Source of the DNA: Podarcis pityusensis
Taxonomy: Eukaryota
NCBI GenBank assembly: GCA_964106645.2
Contig: OZ067038.1
DNA length: 64,000 nt
Direction: 5' to 3' (one strand)
This document shows positions 47,231 through 61,689 of the stretch, piece by piece. Made by a program: the position numbers and the translations under genes. Below the pieces are notes generated by a model. It was given only the letters and a program-made list of their open reading frames with translations, searched no databases and had not been told where the DNA came from. Position 1 is the stretch's first letter. Every line of letters begins with the position of its first letter.

Positions 47231-49781
47231 TTCCTAATTCCCAAACTGCTTGTTGCGAGTTAACTTAAGAACATACAGAGAGCCCTGGTGGGACAGGCCA
47301 AAGGCCTACTCAGCACCCTCTTTTCCACAGTGGCCAGCCAGATGGCTCTGCAAAGCCCACAAGGCAATAGCCCTTTCCCACTGCATATTTTATTCCTTAA
47401 GGTCAAATCATAGTCTGTAGAGAGAGAGGGAAACGGTTTCCCAGCAGCAGTCATTTGGATGTTGTGCTCTTCCAAGGACTTGTCTAAATGTTAGGTTCCT
47501 GCTCCTGCTAAACATTACAAGTCCATCCTCCAGTTATGGGTATGTTTGGGCTGACATTTGCTTTTCTCCTTGTCATACTGACTCTACATTTCATATTTGG
47601 TCAATGTGAACTGCGTACTACTCTCACTGAGCGAGATCGTCATAAAGTATTCCTCCCCCCGCCCACCTCCTCTCTTCTGGAGAAAATTGCACATTATAAT
47701 AATTAGAAAGATTGGTGCTGCAGTGACTCTGGCAGAGCACAGCATGATTGCCCTAGCTGAGGATGGCCTGCGCATATGTTATCTGAAGGATGCGCTGGCA
47801 GAGAGGGCACGGCCTTTCCCCCCATAGCGTTCCACACACACTTACATGCCATGCCAACAGGAAGGGTGCCCCAAGACACAGATGTTGATTTCCTGAGGAA
47901 GCTGTTTCTAACCCAGACCTGTCAAATATGTGCAAGCCACACACCCCTAGCCATGTGAATTAACATGTATCACAGCCTTGATAAGCATTTGATAAACTTC
48001 CCCCCTCTTCCAATTTTCAAAACCCCAGGCAAGACTCCGTACATGCATTCCTCCAAGGAAGTATGTGTTTAATGGGCTTACTCTAAGCTTTCCGGACTAC
48101 TCTTAAGAAAATGACCTACATTATAGAGCTAAAGAGAAATGTCGGGGTGAATTAGTCTTAACGTGCTCTGAGGCTTGTAAAAAATAAATATAATAAAATT
48201 ATCTGTAGAGTGGTGCGAATAAAGCCTTATACATTAACCATAATCTATAGCTATATCTATGACTACACCTATATTTGCAAACAATTTAAAGGCATGGTGC
48301 AAGATGTTCCCTAAAAGCCACATTATTTACTGCTATTTGCAGTCATTTGTAGCTCATGCTGCCTTATTACACGGTTTTCTTTTCCTGAGAAAGCCCAACC
48401 AAGCGGGGATCGTGCAGGGAAAGTGACATCATCATTATATTTCATACCCTATAAGCAAACAAAGCATGTATCTGCCCTCAGTCTAACATGTTGGTGAAAA
48501 CATAGGAACAAAGGAAGGGCTCTTATGCCGAGTCAAACCATTGGTCCATCTAGCTGTTAGTCACACTGAGTGACAGTCGCTCTCTGGGATTTCAGACAGG
48601 CTTTCTCCTAGCTCTATCTGGAGATGATGGGGATTGAAACTGGGAGCTTTTTCATGCAGGGGCAGTAATAGTGAGCCCTGGCCCTTCCCCAAGAAACATC
48701 CTCCTACCATTTCAGGTCAACTCTACATATTTCTAATATAGGTCTAAAGTAAAGTCTTGTTTATATCTGCATGGCATAGGTTTCATTGGTACCCATTTTG
48801 GACCGAAATGCATGTTTAATAATGAATAAGTTTGATCTTGCATCCTTCTATGGATTCTTCTTGTATGGCATTTATTTTGGGAGTCTCACTGTTGTACAAC
48901 TGTGGAAACAAGTGGCAATATACCGTTTCCCCGTTTTTCATGCAGGCCAAACCTCCACCCACCTTGAAGCTCAGCTGACTGTATGTTGTAGCAATTTAAG
49001 CCTGTTCTTACTTGGTTACTAAACTTCAAGTAAGCCACCAAATAAGAGTCAAATTGCTAGCCTTCTTCAGCAAAGAGATTCGGTTTGCTGGACAAGAAGC
49101 ATGGAATTGGTATTGTGTTTAGGTAGCATATGACTATTTTATTATTAAAAAAAGCCTGAGATAATTGTTTTAAATAATAATAAAAACCATTAGTGCCTCT
49201 GTCTCAGTGAAGCCACTTCACAACGCAACATTTTCGCTACTTCCATTTATTTTGGTTCATTGATTTTGAATAATAATGACAATATATGAAGATCCAAAGT
49301 GGTTCTGAAATAAAAATGAAGTGATTTAGCAACAGTTTTCTGTTGCTGGTCTGTGTTTGTAAAACTGCCCAGGGCTATTAAAAAAGCAAGTGGAAATCCT
49401 CCAATATACAGCAGACAGCTTTGCAGACAGTTTACTTCCTTCTTTCTCCTTTCATCCACTTCTGTGATGGGCAGGAGTCTACAGCTACATAATATTATAT
49501 GGCTCTACGAGTTATCCCATTTGAGTTCTTGGTAGACCTGCAGAAAGCACACAGCTACCTGAGATTGCCCTGAAAACTCTTCTGGGTTGTGCATCTGCAG
49601 TGGGGTTTTCAGCTTATTTCAGAGTGCAGCATCTTTACTACCAGCTGAGCTGGATAAGGAGCAGAGAAAAGCTGATTTCTATAACAGATTCCAAAAGACA
49701 GCTTGCAGGGTTAGCACTTTCAAAAAGAAGGTTCCTTTGGCTCGTAAATGGAGCATGTTTCATATGGAAGCCAAATGAGAC

Positions 49782-50470
49782 ACAGAATCATAGAACTGTA
49801 GAGTTGGATGGGACCCCAAGGATCCGACGCGCTGCAACGCAGGAATCTCAACTAAAGCATCCATGACAGATGGCCACCCAATCTCTGCTTGAAAACATTT
49901 AAGAAAGGAGATCATACAACATCCCAAGAGAAGGAGACCTTACACATTTTATCAGCTTCCTTGCAAGAATATCTTGGGGGACTTTGTCAAAAGCCTTACT
50001 GAAATCAAGATACACGATGTCCACAACATTTCCCTGGTCCACCAAGTTTGTAATTCCATCAAAAATAGAAATGAGATTCATCTGGCATGACTTGTTTTTG
50101 AGAAACCCATGCTTGGACTTAGTAATCACAGCATCCTAAATGCTCACAGTCTGACTGTTCAATTGTCTGTTCCAGGACCTTTCCTGGTATTGATGTCAAG
50201 CTCACCAGTCGGTAGTTACCTGGGTTTTCTCCCCCCCCCCCTTTGAAGATGGATACATTGCCCACCTCCAGTAAACAGGGACCTCAGCTATTCTCCAATA
50301 ATTCTCAAAGGTTATTGACAGGTGCTCTGAGATTATATCCGCAAGCTCCTTTAGTACCCTTGGGCTCAGCTCATCAGGCCCTGGAGATTTAAATTAATTT
50401 AAAGTAGCTAGGTGTTCCTTACCACCTCTTTTCCTATTTTGGGCAGCAGCTCCCTCCCTAAATCATTTAT
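49782..50470 (-). mobile_element. Internally deleted CR1 LINE fragment
   Basis: Minus-strand RT motif HGFLKNKSCQMNLISIFD...VDIVYLDFSKAFDKVP, with the CR1 3' tail at 49782-49825. Confidence 0.9.
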
Positions 50471-51927
50471 TATGTTTATAAGGTGTTGGGCATTGCTTTC
50501 CTTTTGGGTGAAGACACAGTCTTCCTTCTTACTGCAGGCACATTTTAAGGAGACTAATACATCTCTCTCTCTCCCTCCTTCTGCAGCTCACAAAGCATCT
50601 CAATTGCAAAGCTAAGATGTATTTTAAAAAGATCACCACTTGCTGTGAAACAAGACATATCTTACTTGCTGGCATAAATAGCAAGGTCACTCCTTCCCAA
50701 CTACTCTTGATCCCCTACCCCCAAAATGACAGACTGGCAAGCATCTGCAATCTATTTCCTCTTGCCAGGATGTGACAGGAAAGGTGCACTGAAAGGATTG
50801 ATGGCAAAAGAGTCAGGTTGAATTATTGCCTGTTGCGCATAGAATGGAGGTTTGCTTTGTGGGATGCTGGATCCTCTTAAATCATCCATCTCTCCCTCAC
50901 CCCCAAAGGCATGCAGAAGAACATTCAGAAAGGAAAAGAAGAAAATTAGCCATTTGTTTAAAAGCTCCTGTCAGGGCAAAACAATAAGCATGAATGAAAC
51001 ATTCAAAGGCATCTACTTCATGCAATTTGAGTAGGAGAATTCATTCTCAGACAGGATACTTTAATCCAGGCAAGGAGTCAAAGCAGGATTTCTGTGAAGT
51101 TCTGTTTTACTCATTACTTTGGGAGTGAGAAAACCCCAACAGAAAAAAGCTCCTAAATTCAATAATTATATTCTTAAAAATTGCCTGAATCCCAGTTGAG
51201 CAGAATTTTTAACTGCAGGAATTCCTGAGTTAGGCCTGTTTAAACATAAGGAACACAAATAGCTAATTTTCTTCCTTTCTCTTCTGAATTTTCCTCTGCA
51301 TTTCTTTTGCTGGGTATTGCATTTAGTAAATGGTAAACTTCAGCAAGGGCTGTAGTGGAGAGTTGTGTGAGCAGAGAGGCTGTAATCCTCACTTTGACCA
51401 CCACTAGGAAATGGCCTCTCTGCTGTGGCAGAGGGACTTGTCGGGCCTCATGGCCTCCTTCCAATGTGTGCGATGTCACACGTGTGCTCCACAGGTGACA
51501 TCACACACATTCAACAAGTCCCCCAATGCCGTGCAGAACTTGGTGCCTCTGACCTTTTCTGTAGCCTGCTGGTGTGTTCGTTTCTGTTTCCCCCTGTTGA
51601 TCCATTAACGCCAACTGTATCCTTGCTTGTCGTGCTAGAGAGATGGTGAGTGATTGTTTAAGGCACTGTGCAATTGCACAGGAACAGGAGTATCTCTCAA
51701 GTTTTCTGTTCTCAGTGGTCATTTATCCTTTCTCAAATGGAATTAGAGTTGTTGAGCTTGTATGAGCTATTTTGGGGGGGAATCGGCAAAAATGGCACTG
51801 CTGCCATGGGCTGCCATATGTTCGGATTTTCATGGACATTTTACCGATTTCCACCCAGACGCTGCTAGAGACAGCACTATTCTGGATGTGTCTGGGAAAT
51901 TCCGGACGTATGGCAACTCTAGATTTA

Positions 51928-52155
51928 CCATATTTTTTGCTCTATAAGACTCACTTTTTCCCTCCTAAAAAGTAAGGGGAAATGTGTGTGCGTCTTATGG
52001 AGCGAATGCAGCTATCCCAGAAGCCAGAACAGGAAGAGGGATCGCTGCTTTCACTGCGCAGCGATTCCTCTTGCTGTTCTGGCTTCTGAGATTCAGAATA
52101 TTTTTTTCTTGTTTTCCTCCTCCAAAAACTAGGTGCGTCTTATGGTCTGGTGCGT

Positions 52156-52198
<43 letters not shown>

Positions 52199-54502
52199 GT
52201 AATTTTTATTAAAGTTTTAAACAACAAAGAAATAAAAGAAAAACATACACAATACATCTAACAAAAACACAAAGAACAAAAAAAAGCAAAATTCAACAAT
52301 AAAAATACAAGAAACATAACAATTTAAAAAACAATATCTCTGTTTCATTTCCGATTTTTAGTTGCTTATTTTCTGGACTTCCTCATACCTCCCTCTTTTG
52401 TATTCCAATCCAAATTATTTGTCCAGCAGTTTCTTTTCCACTTTTTTTAATCCCAATCTTTAATTTAATTAGATATTAAAATATATAACTTCAACTTCTT
52501 TAAACCTAATCCTTGGTCTTAATATCATATACCATTAAAATTTTCCCTCTTAATATCAAATTTCCATTTCTTTAAACATCTTTAATCTTAATCTTAATCT
52601 TTAATCTTAGTCTATCATTAACTTTAACCTGTACAGCTGGAAACCTCTTGTTTTCAGTCCAACATCACTCTAACATTCCTTAATTTTACAGTGTTTCTGA
52701 AGGTAGTCTTTGAGTTTCTTCCAGTCTTCCTCCATCAACTCTTCTCCCTGGTCACGGATTCTACCAGTCATTTCCGCCAATTCCATATAGTCCATAAGTT
52801 TCATCTGCCATTCCTCCAGCGTGGGAAGTTCTTGTGTCTTCCAATACTTTGCGATGAGTATTCTTGCTGCTGTTGTTGCATACATAAAGAAAGTTCTATC
52901 CTTTTTTAACACCATTTGGCTGACTATGCCCAGGAGAAAGGCCTCTGGTTTCTTAGGGAAGGTATACTTAAATACCTTTTTTAATTCATTATATATCATT
53001 TCCCAGAAAGCCTTAATCTTTGGGCACGTCCACCAAAGGTGAAAAAATGTACCTTCAGTTTCTTTACATTTCCAACATTTATTATCGGGCAAATGATAGA
53101 TTTTTGCAAGCTTGACTGGGGTTATGTACCACCTGTATATCATTTTCATAATATTCTCTCTTAAGGCATTACATGCCGTAAATTTCATACCTGTGGTCCA
53201 TAACTGTTCCCAGTCAGCAAACATAATGTTATGTCCAACGTCCTGTGCCCATTTAATCATAGCCGATTTTACCGTTTCATCTTGAGTATTCCATTTCAGC
53301 AGCAAGTTATACATTCTTGACAAATTCTTAGTCTTGGGTTCTAACAATTCTGTTTCTAATTTGGATCTTTCCACCTGGAAGCCAATTTTCCTGTCCAATT
53401 TAAATACCTCCATTATCTGATAATAATGAAGCCAGTCTCGCACTTTGTTTTTTAGTTTTTCAAAACTCTGCAATTTCAGTCTATCTCTGTCTTGTTCCAA
53501 AATTTCCCAATATTTCGGCCATTTGACCTCCATATTGACCTTTTTCAAGGCTTTCGCTTCCATTGGTGACAGCCACCTTGGGGTTTTGTTTTCTAACAAA
53601 TCCTTATATCTTATCCAAACATTAAACAGCGCTTTCCTGACAATGTGGTTTTTAAATGCTTTATGTGCTTTGACCTTATCATACCATAAATATGCATGCC
53701 ATCCAAATACATTGTTGAAACCTTCTAGGTCCAAAATGTCAGTGTTTTCAAGAAGTAGCCATTCTTTCAACCAGCAAAAAGCTGCTGATTCATAGTAAAG
53801 TTTGAGGTCTGGCAGGGCAAATCCACCTCTTTCCTTTGCATCCGTTAGTATTTTAAATTTTATTCTGGGTTTCTTGCCCTGCCAGACAAATTTAGAAATA
53901 TCTTTCTGCCACCTCTTGAAACAATCCATTTTGTCCACGATCTGCAAAGTTTGAAACAAAAACAACATTCTAGGCAATACATTCATTTTTATCGCAGCAA
54001 TACGGCCTAGCAGTGAAAGCTTCAAATTTGACCAAATTTCTAAATCTTTTTTCACTTCAGACCAACATTTTTCATAGTTATCTTTAAATAAGTTCCCATT
54101 TTTTGCTGTCATGTTAATCCCCAGGTATTTAACTTTCTTAACCACTGTTAAACCTGTCTCATTCTGAAACCTCTCTCTTTCAAACGGTGTTAAATTTTTC
54201 TCTAGAACCTTGGTTTTTGACTTGTTCAATTTAAATCCTGCCACTTGACCAAATTCTTGAATCAGTTCTAAAACCCTTTTAGTACTAGATTCTGGCTCCT
54301 GTAACGTCAATACTAAGTCATCTGCAAATGCTCTCAATTTGTACTGTTTAGTTCCGACCTGTATACCTTTAACCATCTGGTCCCTTCTAATCATATTCAG
54401 CAGAACCTCCAGGACTGAAATAAAAAGCAATGGGGAAATTGGGCAACCTTGTCGTGTCCCTTTTTCAATTTTCTGGTGCGTCTTATAGAGCGAAAAATAC
54501 GG
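51928..54502. mobile_element. TcMar (Tc2-like) MITE split by an L1 insertion
   Basis: Ends CCATATTTTTTGCTCTATAAGAC / GTCTTATAGAGCGAAAAATACGG. Confidence 0.8.
52162..54471 (-). mobile_element. Young 5'-truncated L1-clade LINE with an uninterrupted ORF2 C-terminal half (ORF track 52670-54430)
   Basis: RT motifs GTRQGCPISPLLF, AFADD and KYLG, plus a zinc knuckle CWKC...HLWWTC. A 16-bp TSD TCTGGTGCGTCTTATA at 52146-52161 and 54472-54487. Confidence 0.95.
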
Positions 54503-55323
54503 TGCTTAATTCCTGTTGCAGGGACAGCATTCATATTTTGCTAGGAGGAGAGATGTGAAAGTTCTGCTTTGGAAGTACAGAGAACAGATGGCATAATTAG
54601 TTTGTGCTTACTGTTCTCCTTCCACTCACATTACACAAACTAACAAATCTGATCAAAGGAATAAGGTGGGAATCTTCATGGGGGCAAGAGTATTGGCAAA
54701 GACGTGCTCAGGTTTGGGATCCTGAATAGGTTGCATTGCTCAAAATGGACTGGCAGGCAGTATATAAACTCAGAACAGAATAGAACAATGTATCTACACC
54801 CCTAATTGTTACCCTGCTGTATAAATTTGATTGAATTAATTCATTTACTCCATTTCTGCCCTGCCATTTATGAACCTATGATCTCAGGATGGGTTACAGA
54901 ATCGCATAATAAACTTGAAAGAACAGCTACATCTTTAACTGTTGCTTAAAAATCATCGGTGTCAGGGAAAGTTGTACCTCAGAGGAAAGGGCATTCTGCA
55001 TTTGGGGTGCTAGCACCAAAAAGACCCCATCCTGTGCCTTGATACTTCCCCTGCACAGATTTTTAAAGACAGGCTGGTGATACATTGATATTAAAAGCAC
55101 CCTTTAAGGTTTCTGGATTCGTTTAGGATCTTCTGATGTTAACATTATCCTCTTGAATTGGACTTGATAGTATATAGGCAGCCAGTGCAGATTCTTCAAG
55201 ACCAGAGTTACCTGATTCCTGTCAGGTGTACTGGTCAAAATTGGACTAAATGATCATCTTCCTTGATAGCAGTATTGTACATGGAAACTGAGCATATGGG
55301 TGCAGGTACATAGTGAGCACACA

Positions 55324-55684
55324 GGGACACGGGTGGCGCTGTGGGTTAAACCACAGAGCCTAGGACTTGCCGATCAGAAGGTCAGTGGTTCGAATCCCTG
55401 CGACGGGGTGAACTCCTGTTGCTCGGTCCCAGCTCCTGCCAACCTAGCAGTTTGAAAGCAGGTCAAAGTGCAAGTAGATAAATAGGTACCGCTCCAGCGG
55501 GAAGGTAAATGGCATTTCCGTGCGCTGCTCTGGTTCGCCAGAAGCGGCTTAGTCATGCTGGCCACATGACCCGGAAGCTGTCTGCGGACAAACACTGGCT
55601 CCCTCAGCCTATAGATCGAGATGAGCGCCGCAACCCCAGAGTCGGCCACGACTGGACCTAATGGTAAGGGGTTACCTTTACCTT
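55324..55684 (+). mobile_element. Full-length Sauria SINE
   Basis: GGGACACGGGTGGCGCTGTGGGTTAAACC head and (ACCTTT)n tail. A 16-bp TSD TACATAGTGAGCACAC at 55307-55322 and 55685-55700. Confidence 0.93.
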
Positions 55685-58600
55685 TACATAGTGAGCACAC
55701 CTGCACACAACACATAAATGTGGGTGGGACTGCTACTTGGGCCATTTCCCTTTGAGGAATCCCTGTTGACCAGCCTCCCAAGAACCTGGGCTGGCATTGT
55801 TAAGAACAGTTTGAGGAGGAGCACCTCCTCCTTCTTCCCCCTCCTTTTCCATTGTTCTTTTTTTAATTGCTGTAATAAATCTCACAAGGTCTCCGAAAGC
55901 GGGAGGGGAAAGAAGCAGGTTTCCTGTCTCATATATTTCAGGTTTTTATGGACTGTCAAAAGGGGCAGTACATTTGCAGCGAAAGGTGAGCCCAGTAGTG
56001 GTGAGTAAAACACAATATGTTTCTGCCAGTGGCAGGTGGAGAGGCATTTTGAGTGACTCACCTGTGCCACGATGGAAGTTTTTTAGTGAGGCCCAAGGCA
56101 GCATGGAGTGGGATTTTATTCCTTGGTGTTGGTTCACACACTTCACCAGTCAACTGAGCCTTTCGTCTGGCCTGCCTGAAGTTAGGCCCTGAAGAATATA
56201 TGCTTCTGCACATAGTGCCCAGGCCATACCTTACATTAGGTGCCAGGCAGACAGAAGGGAAGTGAGTCTGTTTCTCCACCACAAGAGAGAATCAGGCTTT
56301 GGACCTTAAGCTTTTAAAATCCCTTACACACCTGGAAATGGATTAAAGAGCTGGACCTCTGATACATCCGTTTCAGCAGAGGGATATACTCTCTGCCATC
56401 CTCGCATCTGAGGCTCAGATTTAAGTCTGCAAAATGCAGAAGCCCATGTGCGGCCGGCCTTTTAAGCCTTGCTGCCAGGCTGAGCATGGCAACAGCTAAT
56501 GCTCAGCCAGCTGGCAAGGCACCACCCTCCAAGCAGAGCCTCTGCTTGGCCCATTCAAATTTGCCCATTTTAGCGAGAAGACTGCCCCTTGATACTGCTG
56601 ACCAAGGGGAATTCCCCAGCAGCAGCAGCAGCAGCCTGTGAGCAAGCACGGCCTAGTTGCTGGGGATGAAGGCGGAGCGTGAGGGAGCCGCAACCACCAC
56701 CACCCCAGACATGGTGAGCAACCATTTTGTGTGCACTTGACCCTGAAGCACTTTTATACGCCAGGGACTCAGTAATAGTGAGAATTGCTAAATGTGAGGT
56801 ATGTTGGGGGCTTTGCATCCATTTTGCAAGGAAATACTATTCAGACTTAACATGGTCCTTAAGACTTCCCATGAATTCAGATCCATACACATCCTAAATA
56901 TTCCTATACAGCATCAAGGTTAATTTCTGGTCAAAACGAGAGATTTCTGAGACCTCCATGCAACTAACACTACAACGATGTTTCTGTGGTAACAACACCC
57001 TCTGTTGGCTCAGACAAATGGCCTGTCATAGTCACCATCTTGTTTCCCACTGTGGCCAGCCAGATGGCTGGGGGAAGCCCACAAGCAGAATGTGCCCACA
57101 GGAGCCCTCTCCCACTGTTCTTCCCCATAAATAGGTATTCAGAAGGAGGCTGAATACATCATGGAGGTAGTACATCATGACCTCTTGCCAGAACTCATGG
57201 GACCAGGAAGTTAGCTGCCATAAGAGAGGATATGATGAGACAATCCAAGTAACCAGAGTGAATTCCAAGACTTATTTGGGTTATGACTGATGAACTGAGG
57301 GTAGAAAAGACAACCACGCTGTTTCAGAAATGATCCTAACCCCACAACCCCCGGCTTCTCCTTAACCCCATCATGACACTTACTTTCTGTTTAACCACTT
57401 AGAAGCTGTTCTGGCAAATGAACAGTCTGTGTGTGTGTATGTATGTATGTATAAATAGCAAAACTGAGGGTGGTAAGGGTGTGGAGGAATTGGGGCAACA
57501 TGGTTAACATGGCAAGTTTATACTTGCTTTTGGTGTTAATTACTGTATGAAAATATGAGAAAAATCAATAAAACTTATAGCAGCCACAAAAATACCGTAT
57601 TCTTTAGCCTGTTCCAAGAGCTGTTATTATATCCATTCAAAGAAGCCATGGGTGTCATAATGATTGATGGTGACTGTGTAGTCTCAGGAGAAGCTTATTT
57701 TTCTTTTCTCTATTTCAGGATCAATCTATTTCTGGTCTGAATCACTTCTACTTGTGTTCATTCATAAGTCTGCTCCATCCTGTTTCAACAATCTCTCTCT
57801 CCCATATATATCTATATATCTATATGCATGAATATTCATACTTAAATTCAAAATTGTTGAAGATATTTTCTCTCCAAATACATTTCTAGATGTATTTTTA
57901 TCCTGAAATACAGTACTGTATGCATTTTTTGTATGTTTTGAAGTCCAAAACTATATTGAAAAATTCAGAGAAGTGCATGTTCCAATCTGCACAGTAGTCC
58001 GGAAACTGTTAATCAGGCCAGTTCATATAGAATTTTGCAATGTGTGAATTTCTCAAGCATTCTTACTAAAGTGTAACATGATATTAAGCTAATTCTTCTT
58101 GCATGCTTCAGATAAAAAGATGGCCACTATTTTGGCTAGACTTTAAACAGACATTTTGATTTCTCTCTTTAGAATATATTTGCCTGGTGCTTCTTGGAAA
58201 ATTGTATAAAATTGCATAATAACAACATTGGCCCAGATTCATCTAACCTTGTGTGCTAGTTGAAGCCAGTACAAAGACTCCTCTCTACCGCAATAGGCCT
58301 TTCCAATATCTGTCATGTGCCCCCATGCCTCACCCAAATCTGGGAGGAGAGGGGGCAGGTCATTCCATCTGAAAAGTGGAAATGTTTGTGCTGGTGGAAC
58401 AATCAGGAGAGGGTGAATTATAATTCCTCCCACAGGCGGTACTCTACTTACATGTTCCACCAGCGCAAATATTTCTGCTTGTACATCACCCTCCCCCTGT
58501 GCATGCCCTGAACCCTTTCTAAATACGTTCCAGAAAGTTGGGAGGACCCCAAGAACAGATTTAGGGGGTGCACAGGGGCAGGAGAGGGGAGAACATTCTG

Positions 58601-60085
58601 TGGCGCAAGCCGAAATTCTTGCACTGACAGAAGGATTGCCTTAGCTCTATGCTGGATTCCACCCAAAAGTTCCAAGACTACTTTAACCTCATCTGAAAAT
58701 GGGGGGTAATAGGACACGTGGGTGTTAGAAAGGGGGCTCATTTATTCCTTAGCCTGTGGCTTCAGATGGCACGGATGGGAAATAGATTTGAAGCGTCAAT
58801 TCTTGGAGAGCTACAGAGACATGGAGCTGGCAGTGCTGTCACTGACAGATGGAGATCCAACTGGGGATGGAAGGCAGTCTGTGTTTGCAGTTCCTGCTTT
58901 GGTAATTGTTTCTTGTCTCCTGCACAGAGTCCTTTGATTCCATTTTTGCTCTGAGCATTTGTATGAATTAGGCATTAGGATCAGACATTTCTGTGAGTAA
59001 GAATAGCATCTGCAGTAGCATTAGCCAGCAGTCATAATTACTGTGTCTTTGAATTGTCAGGCTTCAGGGCATGAGTTTCTTACCAGCAGAGGTCAGGAAG
59101 AAATCCAGACTCAGGAAGAGTGAGCCGGGCAGCTTTCTTTCTGAAGGCATTTCCACTTTCCTACACATTGGCATCACATGCTCAGGACATTTATCCACAA
59201 AAGCGGACATAGGATTTTCAGAAAGCGGCTCCAAATGATTTTTGCACATTCCATGCAGCCTAATACCAACAACAGACTGGGCTGAACTTCAGGTTCCACA
59301 GTCAAGAGTACAGCGTAATATTGATCTGGACCATTCTTGCATGTTCCACGTGCAGTTTAACTTATTTGAGCAACAGCTTGTGCAATTAAGCCACCAGTTT
59401 TGTTGTTTATATGCAGATTCAACAAAAACATTTCCCCAAATGACTGTCTGTCCTGATGCAGCGAATATGCTGTTTCCATTTTTGGAACAGAAAACCAGGG
59501 ATATTCGCAGCATTCCCATTCCTAGGCTGCAGTAGCCCCATAGGAAAAACAAGTTACTATTTCTTCCATGGTCTGATCATTCCACTGTCCTTCTCTGACC
59601 TTCTGCGCTCAAAGGTCTCTTGACTCTTCACTTTTATTAATACATTTTAAAGCGAGCGGAGTGCTGAAGTGACAGTTCTGCCAACTTGAGGCATTTACTT
59701 TGCTCCAGGACAAGTAGCACACAGGCAGCAGCAAACGCATGCTGTTTCCCCCTCACAACAATGTGTTTTGCATTCCAACGAAGGGCAGGAAGGCATTTTC
59801 TATGGGCAACAAAACGGATGGCCTGGCAAGCTAGTTCCTTCATGTAGAGGTGGCCAACTAAGTAATATTTGATCTCTCCGAGCAGGAAGGAGGGGTTCTG
59901 TTCAGTGACCATGATCAGGGCCTGAAAAGCCAACCAGTTCTGGATCCTGAAAAACTCAGTCCACAACCTCACAGGCTCCTCCTCTAACCACCACCACCCT
60001 GGCAGGTCTACCCAATTCTGCCCCAAGGAGCCATTACTTTTTTAAAATTAAAAGTTGGCAACAGGCCCTCCACAAAACTGTACAT

Positions 60086-60715
60086 TTGTTGTTGTTATTG
60101 TTGTTGTTGTATAGTCATTTAGTCGTGTCCGACTCTTCGTGACCTCATGGACCAGAGCACGCCAGGCATTCCTGTCTTCCACTGCCTCCCGCAGTTTGGT
60201 CAGACTCATGCTGGTAGCTTCGAGAACACTGTCCAGCCATCTCGTCCTCTGTCGTCCCCTTCTCCTTGTGCCCTCAATCTTTCCCAACATCAGGGTCTTT
60301 TCCAAGGAGTCTTCTCTTCTCATGAGGTGGCCAAAGTATTGGAGCCTCAGCTTCAGGATCTGTCCTTCCAGTGAGCACTCAGGGCTGATTTCCTTCAGAA
60401 TGGATAGGTTTGATCTTCTTGCAGTCCATGGGACTCTCAAGAGTCTCCTCCCAGACCATAATTCAAAAGCATCAATTCTTCAGCGATCAGCCTTCTTTAT
60501 GGTCCAGCTCTCACTTCCATACATCACTACTGGGAAAACCATAGCTTTAACTATACGGACCTTTGTCGGCAAGGTGATGTCTCTGCTTTTTAAGATGCTG
60601 TCTAGGTTTGTCATTGTTTTCTCCCAAGAAGCAGGCATCTTTTAATTTCGTGACTGCTGTCACAATCTGCAGTGATCATGGAACCCAAGAAAGTAAAATC
60701 TCTCACTGCCTCCAT
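60086..60715 (-). mobile_element. BovB (RTE-clade) LINE 3' end
   Basis: RVPWTARRSNLSILKEISPECSLEGQILKLRLQYFGHLMRREDSLEKTLMLGKIEG...TKSRTRLND, followed by a (CAA)n tail. Confidence 0.95.
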
Positions 60716-60720
60716 ACAAT

Positions 60721-60721
60721 C

Positions 60722-60754
<33 letters not shown>

Positions 60755-60755
60755 G
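60721..60755. repeat. (CAGA)n microsatellite
   Basis: Read directly from the sequence. Confidence 0.95.
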
Positions 60756-61467
60756 TTAAAGTTGACTTATGTGGATCTGCTTATGGGATGGAACATCTCT
60801 TTATTGGCAACTGGCTTGGTTACTAAGCATTAGGTAACAGGGATGGCCTAAGGCATTTTGCTTCCTGTGTTGAAGGACAGGATTCCCACACATAGAAGCC
60901 AGCTGGACTGGTAATTGACTCAATACTAGTGATGGGATAGGGTCTGCTCCTGCGGCTGAAGCAGCTGGCTACTTTAGGGGAGGGGCAAGATGCTGCATAG
61001 CCTGCATAGACCTGCTCTCCACCAGAGGGGAATGGGCAGGGGTCTTAGGAGGGATTTGCAAGAGTCATGAATTGAATAGGAACAAAAATAGGTTGCTCTT
61101 TGTTTTCTCCCAGTCCTTTGAGGCCTAGTCAAGAGGACAGAAACAGATGCACCAACTATGCCAACAAGAGGAAAGTCACAAGCAAAGAAGGAGTTGAATC
61201 TTTCTTTCTTCTCTTGTAAATGGCAGCACCCTCCACGAGGCAGAAATGCATCTTGTTCTTGCATTTGAGAGTTGTACTTTCACTGTACAACTCAGGACTT
61301 GCTTGTCCTCAGCGTGCAGGAATTGTAATGATTGGATTCTGTACATAGTTTTACGTAAAATTCTTTATGTTGCACAGTTTTAGAAATCATTTTTGGGGAC
61401 TACATATATGAATACATTGCCTTAAACATTTTGTTCATCCTTCTCAACGTATTTCGTAATCCAAATA

Positions 61468-61583
61468 CAGTCGTACCTTGGAAGTCAAACGGAATCTGTT
61501 CTAGAACATTCACAAACCGGAACACTCACTTCTGGGTTTGTGGCATTTGGGAGCCAAGGTGTTTGACTTCTGAGGTACGACTG
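61468..61583. mobile_element. Short Tigger-like MITE
   Basis: TIRs CAGTCGTACCT / AGGTACGACTG with TA flanks. Confidence 0.8.
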
Positions 61584-61689
61584 TAGTCTCCCATTTAAGG
61601 GGGAAAACTCTTTAAACAAAGGGGGAACCCTCTTTTCCCCATATTGTTCTGGGTCCCTCCTCCCCCATGTCTTCACATCTCTATTCTCA

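Noticed and set aside
57270-57320. CTGATGA...GAAA hammerhead-like core
   Set aside because: No stem II or flanking helices can be formed.
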